NCBI GenBank assembly: GCA_000708835.1
Contig: DF237022.1
Span: 62,001 to 126,000 of the forward strand
Source of the DNA: Klebsormidium nitens
Lineage: Eukaryota; Plantae; Klebsormidiophyceae
Length of the DNA stretch: 64,000 bases
Direction of reading: 5' to 3'
Shown in pieces: positions 48,360 to 64,000 of this stretch. The position numbers were made by a program, and so were the translations under genes. Under the pieces are notes generated by a model. That model saw only the letters and a list, made by a program, of their open reading frames with translations, did not search any database and was not told where the DNA came from. Within the stretch, counting starts at the first letter, position 1, and each line of letters begins with the position of its first letter.

Positions 48360-50650
48360 CTATGCTGAACCCGACGTGCCAGTTTAAGATGAATGTTAAG
48401 AAACCAGGAGGGTGAAGGGGCCCAGACGGCTGTATGCAAGAACGTGGCCCGATGTTTCTTCTCTTTGGCGCAATAACTGCAGCCTGTCGACTCCCCTGGA
48501 CGAGCTCCGATCAGCACAGAGTCATCCGAGCACACTGGGATCAGAGCCTTGACAGATTGGCACCGAATCAGCTGGAAGAGGACTGAGCGATGAGATTGTT
48601 GCGTAACTATTCAACAAGCTGGCTTATTTTGAGGGCTGATATTCTTGGCTCCCTTCCCACTTCAAGCTGCTCCCATGCACTGACGCTGATTTGAACACAC
48701 TGAGAATCGTCTCTTCCAATCAGACAAGACTACTGAACGTTTCTGATATCACTACAGAGCTCCAGAATGTGTCACTGGAGAACTCTGGACGAAGCAAATG
48801 TGGCACTGATGAGGAGTCTACGTGTGATTCTCGTGGGCTGGATCAGGAAGCGGCCACCAAGTTTGGAAGGAGGCGGCAATGTTATTTGCCAGCTTGCAAG
48901 CAGAAAGAAAGCAATGCAGAAGCTCCAAGAGTCCAGTCCCTTTTGCACGAGACCCACAGCTAGACATATCCTGATTCCTAGACTCATGCAGAGACTGTTT
49001 TCTTTGGAGTGCTGCATGAGCCTGAGCAGTCTGCACTTTTCGTGGCTCGTTTCCGGATCTTCTCCCCCCGACATTTCCGGAACTTGCGCCCTGTTCGTTA
49101 CCTAGTACCGGTTCGGCCGGGATTTGACTAGGTCAACGACAGGTTCACACTACAGCTTTTCCCAACCAACCTGCCAGTTTCAGTGTCAACTAATCTTGAC
49201 TAACTTCACTCTGCAACGGACTACCTAATAGGTACACTAAGAGTTTCACTACAACTGGCAAGGTGCTCGGGAGAATCTGCACCGGGTAAAAATAGTACCT
49301 TCCTGCAGTCGGACGATACGGCTACTGACGCCGGAATAAGAACCGGGCACTTATACCGGGCATTTTTGGAAGCCGGCGTTGACCAGAACCGCCCAAGTGC
49401 AGAATCTTCGGACTAGTGCCGGAGTCAGAGGGACTCACGCAGAAACCGGTTGTCTGTTCGACCGTCCGATGAGATGGTGGGTACATCGGACGGTCCCCTT
49501 GACACGTGGATCACATGTTCTGACAGAATCCTAGATTGTAGTTCAGCCGGCCCTGCGTCTTTGGGATGTGACCACTGGTTTCCAGATGTCGCAAAGGGGA
49601 AGCGGCAAATCAGGGAACGAAGGAGGGAACGACAGCTCGTTTCGTTCGAGTCTTTAAATTGAATCTTGTTATGAATTCTGAGGTGCTACCGTGTGGCAAC
49701 TTGGGGTGCCACTCACTTCATTCATGAATACAACTGCTTCGTCTCCAGTCACATTAGTTTTAAGATGAGGATAAGTAATGTTGTTTCGAAGGCGACTGAG
49801 TTTACTGTGGCGGCTGATGGCACCTTCCGCACAATGCTAGGAAGTATGCCCAGCCCTTCGTTTGTGAGGATCTTAAAAGTGGACTTTACGAGATAGTCCG
49901 CAGTGTGACAACTGGGCTCGGGCGTTTGGACAAAGAACAAACTTGGCCACAAAAGGCTGCCTTTACTTAGCGGAAGGTTATCGGGTCTGAACGGAGCAGG
50001 CACTCCAGGCAAAATGAGTAAGTGGGTTTTCCTTCATACTGATTGCGGTGGAACAAGTTGGGTATGTTAGCTGAGAGAAGGTAGTTCTGGTGGATCGATA
50101 TGCTTTCTTGATACGGAATAGGGGTGTCTGTGCATCAAAATCATATGCTCTGTGCCTTTATTTTGTGCTCATATGGATGCGAAAGAGTGCTGGAAAAAGC
50201 CCCTTCGAGGCGCTAGGAAAAGTACGAACATTCTTGTTGGGTTTTGTTCGTGTTCTCTTCTTTCATAAGCTAGCCAGTTCTGAGTCATTCAGTGGACAAC
50301 TTTTTCTGAGTAAGCCTTGCCAGCTTGTCTTCAAGCCTACAGAAGTTGAAAAGGATGCTTGTGTTTGAGCACATGAGCTCGGAGGTCAAGTGATTGAAGA
50401 ACGTTGGACAAATAGGTCTTCAAATTCCTCTTCGATTTGACTGATCAATTGGGAGCACCTAAAGCAGTGCCCAGTTGTTCTCAAAACTCTGCCGATGTGA
50501 AAGCAGAACACCACTCTGGGCTTGGGGGACGTGTGGTTGCATAGCCCTGTCTTGTCAGTGGTAGGAATTAAGCTGGAGTCAAGGTCTTCTCTAACCAGGG
50601 TCTGATGTTTTTTCCTCCCTGCAGAGCCTGGAGCCAGCGCCAAGCCCAGG

Positions 50651-52870
50651 ATGTCGACACTGATGTGTTGTTCCGCGGCAGCGGCAGGTATGGCAGAAAC
50701 TTGTTGTCTTTGATTGAAGTATACATCCTACCTTATTCTCTGGCACCAGACTTTATTTAGCGCCCCCCCCTTGTATGGCAGGAACATATCTTACTCTGAC
50801 TCGATTAAACGTCCTCTCTCCTTTCCTGTCAAGACTTCACTGCATCAGCCAATTCACGGCAGGCAGCAGACTGTCAGCACAAGCTTTCATCGTCTGAGCA
50901 ATTTGCGCTTGATCATATTACCCATCTTCTATTTCATAAGGATTTTCTGAACCACCCCCCCTTGGCCAACTCATGGGAGGCACCAGACTGTCAGCAAGAT
51001 TTGAGCAACGCACAATCAACTCTAAGAAATGTTGGAGCTCGTCCTTGTTGAAGTGTGTGTATTTCCTCTCTTCTGCCGTGCCGCAAGCGCGCAGTCACAA
51101 GTTTTCCAGCTTATCCAACTCAGTGCGTTAAGTGGGACAGGGTTCAGTCCTTTTCTGAAGGGAAGACCTGAACAATGTGGGAGAGTTCGGCTGAATAAAA
51201 AACCATTCAAAACAAATCATTACTAGCTCAACTGCGAACGACGTGCAGATTTGTTGGGACCCATTAGGGACACTCGATCTATCATTGCTCTCTTGGTGAC
51301 AACAAACCCTTATGCCCATCTGATCACTTTGCACCTTCTGGAACAGTCTCGTGGCTTGCTCAGGCATTCCGGAATCCTCGTCTTTGAAAGGCTCTCTTTA
51401 AGCGTTCCACCTCCAAAGCAAAGATTGTCTGTCCACCCAAAAAAAACGGTTTGCAAGTACTGGGGTATCGGAGTTCCTGTGCTCAAGTATTATGATAGGG
51501 TCGGAGTTTCTTGCTTACCCTCCCTCCATGATGATGCACTAGATTACTCTCAGCACCAAACTTAGAAATGATTGCATCCTTGTACCTCACCCCATGATTG
51601 ACACTACTGTCTCTGTTTCTGCCCAGTTCTGCTGCTGTTCCTGGTCTGGGTGTCAAGCGACCAGCTCCTACATCTACGGAATCGGCCTCTCCTCCCTCGC
51701 GTCGACTGCAAACCGGAGCCACCAGTCTCGCTTAATCAAAACCAGGTTAGCCTACCCACTCATGACCAGGACACCCAAACCCAGGTTAACCAGAACCGGG
51801 TTACGGAGAACCTGCCCGCGCCGGTGGCCGACTCTTGCCCCGTTCCCTGTGACGTCCTCCAGTTGGCAAACCTGACGACGCTCGCTGACGTCAGCAAAGT
51901 CAACTGCAACGTCGAGTATTTGACGCCGTGGGACGTGGGGCGCTTTCTGGGCGCTCGGAAGAACCAGGCGTGGCTGCATTTCACGGGAGACTCGATGATA
52001 CGCCGGCAATGGCAGAGCATTGCGGCGGATCTGGGGGTCGAGATCGATACGGAGCCTTTGTGGGCTGTCTGTTGCAAAGACGGGAAGGAGTGTAAAACGT
52101 GGGAGTACAAGGATATCAACTGGGAGGCGAAACGGGTCGCGGGGCTCGTGACGGGCGCACTGCGCGACGAGGGGTTCGAGTTCTGCGTGACGTATACCCC
52201 GGTGCAGTTTATCAGTCAGGTCGTGGAGAATTTCGACACGCTGTTCCAAGCGGATATGGTGCAACCGTTTGCAGTCGTAATGAATATGGGCTTGCACCAC
52301 ATATACCACGGGCAGGGGCAGCTGGCATACCGGGCCGATTTGGAGGCGCTCACCGCGCGGTTGCGGAAAGTGCGGGAAGTGCAGAGGGGGTCGGACGGGG
52401 TCACGAAGACGATGTTTATTTACCATACGTTGACCGCTTATAGCGAGGAGTTGTTTGGGTTTATCGACCCGCTTCGCCGAAACGAACGGACGGAGCTTTT
52501 TGTTCGTCAGCAGGAGGAGCACTTCCGGGCGACCGGGGGATCCCTCTACCGAGTGCTCGACTCACACCGGCTGACCAAGTATTTGGATAAGCGCCATTTC
52601 TGGCACCAATTAACGTTCGGGGACGGCATTCACCCCGGGTTGCCTTACTACCAGATTGCTTCGTTATTGGACTACAACTTCGTCGTCAAAGGGGTCATAA
52701 GCTTCTGCACAAACGCGGACGATTTGGAGTATAAGCCGCTAGCCCTGCATGCCAACAGTGGTCGGATGTTAGATAAGGAGGCGGAAGGGGACGAAGTGGA
52801 AAACCTCAAAGCGATGCGGCGTGTTCACGGATGGGGGTCGTTCAGCCCTTTCGAACACATTGACAGGTGA
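50651..52870 (+). CDS. SGNH/PC-esterase-type putative glycan O-acyltransferase/esterase 2, about 426 aa, 2 coding exons
   Basis: Exons 50651-50687 and 51627-52870 join in frame and give the anchor MSTLMCCSAAAAVLLLFLVWV. Motifs HFTGDSMIR and GDGIHP. Shares blocks such as DPLRRNERTELFV and a terminal VHGWG with SGNH1. Confidence 0.8.
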
Positions 52871-53257
52871 GGACTGTTGTTCTTCGCTTTCTTTTGTTTT
52901 TAGGGCCAGATCAACTTCGCGCAGTCAGTTTCGAGGTTCTTCGTGTCTGGGATCAACGGTCAATCAAGCTTTCTGAAATCCGAGAAAGCGGACACAGTGC
53001 GCGTGGGGCTCAAGCCGGCAAGCGCGCTTCGAACGGTCTCGTTCTTCTAGGCCACTCCTTTCACTAGTTCTTCCCTTTTTTTGTCGAACTTTACACGATC
53101 ATTTTCAGTCTCGATTTTGTGACGCGGGTCGACAGTCGCTTATCCAAAATTTCCGTAAGTTGAGAAAGCGAAGACATCGCGCGAGGGGCTTGGGCGGGCA
53201 AACGCTTCGCACGATTGAAGACTGTTTTTCCAGCTTAACTCTCCCTCTTATTGTTCT

Positions 53258-53632
53258 TTATGTTGCATACGATCCGGATCGTTCCGTCTTTGTCCGACGC
53301 CCGACAAGCGCGTTCTGTTCTTCTTCTTGAACGGGTTTGAACTCCGCCAGTGGACAATTGACAACGTTTGTCAACTGTTTCAAGTGCTTCTTACGAGTTT
53401 CCCTTCGCTGGTCTGACAAGAGCCTCTTTCTCCAGTGCGCTGGACCCCAGGCTAAATATGGCAAGTGGGCGGTTAACTCTTTTACCAGTCGTTTGATTCT
53501 GGGAATGTTTTCAAAGAGCCGTAGTGTATGTTCTTGTACCAGAGATTTGTGGATCTTAAAGAGGGCGTAAGTGGGCGCGTACGTGGTTCTGACGACGTTC
53601 AAGAATCCGATCCAGCTTCTTAGTCGCCGCAA
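53258..53632 (-). other. Unassigned 124-codon ORF in intergenic DNA; possible transposon or gene relic
   Basis: The translation looks protein-like, but I recognise no family and found no flanking exons. Confidence 0.25.
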
Positions 53633-53767
53633 AATCCAGAAAACCTGGCTCTGTGCGGCAACCGTCAGAGTCCGATTGGGGTAAAGAAGTCGCCGATACG
53701 AACGCTTCCGCCTACGGCACTTTTAAGAAGGATCCATTGATGGGTCATTGCCTACCCACGTCTCATC

Positions 53768-53862
53768 ATAAGTTGGTCAAGAAACTTAAGTTGGTTGTTT
53801 GTTTAGAGAAACTTAAGATTGGTCAAGAAACTTAAGTTGGTTAAGTTTCCAAACTTAAGTTG
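53768..53862. repeat. Cluster of the palindrome AACTTAAGTT
   Basis: Perfect copies at 53783, 53829 and 53852, a one-mismatch copy at 53810, and partial sites at about 53768 and 53841. Confidence 0.85.
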
Positions 53863-54649
53863 ATTGGTTGTTTCTCTATCCGGAGCCATCACACGAGTCC
53901 ACAATTTTGCTTTATCCGTTTTGCAAGGCTGCTTGGCCTTCAGTGACAGCGCCGATATGCACTTCGCAATTTTGTTTCATGTCGGTAAACAAAGCGTCAG
54001 GCCGTTCGTCGAACTCAGCACAAGTAAATTTCCCCTGAATGATCCTATCTCATCATGTGATGCAGGGAGTAAAAACGTGCCAGGCGAAAATCGCCGGATT
54101 TCGTGTTGTTGCCAACGGGGTCAGCTGTCGACCATGCTGAACTCCAGACCGAGACGACGCCGTTGTCTTGTGGTGCGAAGCGGTTCGGCAGCGTCTAAAC
54201 CCTCATTATATGCCAAAGTACTTACTACCTTATGATCTTCCAGTACTAGTACATATTTCTTACAGCTTTGGTCATGTGTCAGGAAGACGGTTTTGGCGAG
54301 CGGCCAGTGTTCTTAGCCTGACGGATCTATTATTAAGTGTTGAGAATTTTGTTCTGATATTCTAAAAGACTGTGCATGTGAAGTTGCCGCCAAATAGGAA
54401 ACAGTATTCTTTGAGGGATCGACAGATAGGGACAATACAGTTGCTAGACTTTATAGAAATGTCATTGTAAGGGGTGACTTAATTGCAAAAGTGTCCGGTA
54501 TTTATGTAAAAGACACAAGAACACAACGTATATTTGTGTTGTATTTTTCTGCGGATTGCTTCAAAGTCCTCTATCCTAGTTCTATCTGGTACTCGAGCTT
54601 TCAAGTTTATTGCGCGTGACAACGAAAACAAAGTTCGAAGAGCTTGCGG

Positions 54650-55150
54650 GCGCCTGGCCGGCTAAGTTCAGTTGGCCGTTGACGATCACTCGAAGCTAGC
54701 TAGTAGCAATTGCTGTACTGGCGGGATCGAACATGTATATGAGCAAAAATCGAATTAGCATATACACTGATACGGCGTTGGCGGCGGCGCTCTATCTTCC
54801 GATCGACTTAAGTTGGACACGAAACCAGCGCCATGCCATGCATTAGTATAGTATGACGCATGAATATAATTGACGATAATTGCCGCAAAGACATCGACAA
54901 TGAACACAACCCAGCCTGCTCAGCTCTGTATAGTCCCCCGCGCTGCATGCGGATCGAGCGGCCACAATCGCGGACTCAACAGGTCCTACCAATCGATGAT
55001 TGTACTGTACAATGTGCCATGGCTGGCCCGGCTTCGCAACACTATCATACTGCATCGAATGACTTATCAAAATCGTAAGGGCTGCATTGAAAACGTACAT
55101 AAAATGAAGCCGCACTTTGACCTGCCAATCCGTTTGATTGGATTCAGTTG
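54650..55150. other. Palindrome-dense intergenic patch at the convergent SGNH2/SPDS junction
   Basis: Dense AGCTAGCT, ACATGT, ATGCAT, GCATGC, CCATGG and TGTACA words. Judged by eye. Confidence 0.55.
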
Positions 55151-55560
55151 ACGATGCTCAGCTCCTACCGTTATGACCTCGGAGGCTCTTCGACAATCAA
55201 AACCTTCCCAAATCACTTCAATATTACTCAAAAAGATGCAAGACTGAGAACAGGGAACGACTCGTGCGCAGTGCTTGCTTTGACTTCGTTAGAATCAGAC
55301 GTCCGGGCTGCGCTCTGTTTGGCATCTCGCCACGCTCAGCTACTTTCTCATGCATTGTCAACTAACATATGATGGCCGACACAATACTGAACCATGTCCG
55401 CAGCTTCAAAAGCTACTGGACTCTATAGCCCTTTCTGAAATGATCCTCAACTATTAATAGGGGTGCGCCCGCACGCGGTGCAATAATAGTTTCACCAAAC
55501 TTCCTCATCCGATCAATCATAGAATTGCATCATAAGCTAACCAAAAGCATTGACCACCTT

Positions 55561-62469
<6,909 letters not shown>

Positions 62470-62981
62470 GGTGACGAGGTGGTTAACACCTTGCCTGGGA
62501 AGCAAGCGCAATGCGGCAGAGGTGGTGGTCAATCCAAATGATTCTTTCACAGAAGGGACGATGGAATGCAGACGGAGTGCGAGAGACGAAGACGCTGTGG
62601 AGGCTGGTGGACGCGAGCATTTTGTCTGGGTGAGCGAATTTGAAGTTCCCAAATTATCTGACTGGTCGGCATTGGAATATTGTGTTGCATGATGAATCTT
62701 TGAATAAAGATACGGCGGAGCTCCTATTGCTCTGTTAAATTGTCAATTTATATCAGGGCAGAGCCAGGCCCAGAGATTGAATTTGTTTGAATGGAGAATT
62801 GCAGATGATCACTTCAACACTTGGTTCGAAGCAGAGGAAAAGGAGGCGTTGGCGCAACGAGAAGCCATTAGTGGCACTGTTTGCAAAAGCTACGGTGCTC
62901 TGCTGTGTGCTGTTTGATTGCCAGCCATACTGAGGAATTTTGCAGGCAGGGTTTGTTTCAAAATAATCCTTGTGAAAAGCG
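62470..62981. promoter_or_regulatory. Putative bidirectional promoter/5' UTRs shared by SPDS and pinin
   Basis: Divergent ATGs only 512 bp apart. Confidence 0.65.
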
Positions 62982-63814
62982 ATGGAGGGGGAGAAAACTG
63001 AGGAACAGCTGCGGGGCGAATTGGCGCTTTTGGAGGAGCAGCAGAGAGAGGTCAGGACCTTCTTATTTGTACCGGTCGACTCACCACCAATTGCTTCCAC
63101 TAACTAATGCGGAGGATGTGAAGAGCACAGAGCTGTTGATCTGCTTTTTAGAGCACTGCTAAATACTTCAAAGGTCGAAATCACTTCATCGTGCCGTCTG
63201 CTGAGAATAGATTTGCGAGTGTTGGTAATGGTTTCCAGTTCTTTGTTGATCAGAGCAGAACTTTTGAACCGTGACAGTGTTTGATGCTGACCTTCTTTTC
63301 GACGGCTAGCAGAGTACGCATTGCTTTGTGACCATTCCTCCACTCTTACCTTTTCTGAAATCCTAGTGGTGTATTTTGGGAAGCTTAGCAATCGCATCTT
63401 CTTTGTGGATTCTTTCCATTTTGACGCTGGCGAATTTTCGTCATATCTGAATGCAAACTTTTTTTGGTGAAAGGCATCCAAAAAGGGAATGCGATCAGCA
63501 TCACACCTTCATAATTCAGTAAACAAAACGGAAAGGTCATTCGGTGTTTCCCAAGCTCTTCTCTTGCCCCCCAGGTTGATCAACGCCTCCGAGAGCAACG
63601 GAACATTCTCAGCAGGGGGCGTGGTGCACCAGGCGGGGGACCCCCCGGGAGAGGCAGAGGATTCGGCGGAATCTATGCAAGGGGCCGGGGGGGTTTACTG
63701 CCTCCGGGGGGGATGGGCCGCCCCATGAGAGGCCCCCCCTATCAAGCGCGGCCACCTCTTAGAGAACCAGAAGATTCTCTAGCCCGAAAGCGGCTCTCGT
63801 CGGCAATTGTTATT
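62982..63814 (+). CDS. PNN: Pinin/SDK/memA-like protein, first two exons (gene continues beyond the window)
   Basis: Exons 62982-63050 and 63575-63814 encode MEGEKTEEQLRGELALLEEQQRE-VDQRLRE..RGG-rich..ARKRLSSAIV. This matches my recollection of the plant pinin N-terminus (EKT.EELR.EI..L..QQRE...RLR ... KRRLSSAVV). Confidence 0.75.
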
Positions 63815-64000
63815 GTTAGTCCCTCTTCGTCCTGATTTCCCTCGTTCTTTCTGCTCGTTTTGCCACACAGATGCTCTCAAACTGCTCTTCTGGTTGTTCC
63901 GCTGCTAGGCACACTGTTTGTAGGCAGTTTTGTGATCACAAGGAGGGGGGAAGTGGTTCTCCCCAATTGCATAGGTTGTACAACCAGATTGGTTGCATAC

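Noticed and set aside
49100-49133. Helitron 3' end (hairpin plus CTAG)
   Set aside because: The stem is only 4-7 bp, no matching 5' TC end or RepHel sequence was found, and CTAG is abundant locally.
62470-62652. Ser/Thr-rich, transit-peptide-like in-frame N-terminal extension of SPDS
   Set aside because: The ORF start at 62652 is TTG, not ATG, and the region overlaps the shared promoter. It would need ribosome-profiling support.
63104-63481. 125-aa minus-strand ORF
   Set aside because: It lies inside pinin intron 1 and has no recognisable motif or coding signature.

Overview
This is eukaryotic, intron-rich (GT-AG) DNA. It probably comes from a streptophyte green alga such as Klebsormidium; that is an inference from gene content (ELIP, GT37, At5g58100-like, a ciliary-type fragment). 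I reconstructed nine spliced genes by hand with consistent exon phases, in strictly alternating orientation: ELIP(+), Sec14/CRAL-TRIO(-), At5g58100-like membrane protein(+), GT-A/GT2-like glycosyltransferase(-), SGNH protein 1(+), GT37 fucosyltransferase(-), SGNH protein 2(+), spermidine synthase(-) and pinin(+, truncated by the window edge). Two things stand out. (1) At least 12 exons in 5 genes are flanked by decaying tandem copies of their own splice junction. Acceptor+exon-start copies lie upstream and exon-end+donor copies lie downstream; many keep AG/GT and some keep the reading frame. (2) Four adjacent Golgi-type glycan-modifying genes form two head-to-head glycosyltransferase/SGNH pairs, a candidate glycan biosynthetic cluster. 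Also seen: a branch-point minisatellite, palindrome-dense patches at every convergent gene junction, and an orphan CFAP74-like fragment. No rRNA, tRNA, CRISPR array or intact transposon is supported. Family names come from motif recognition from memory, not from database searches.
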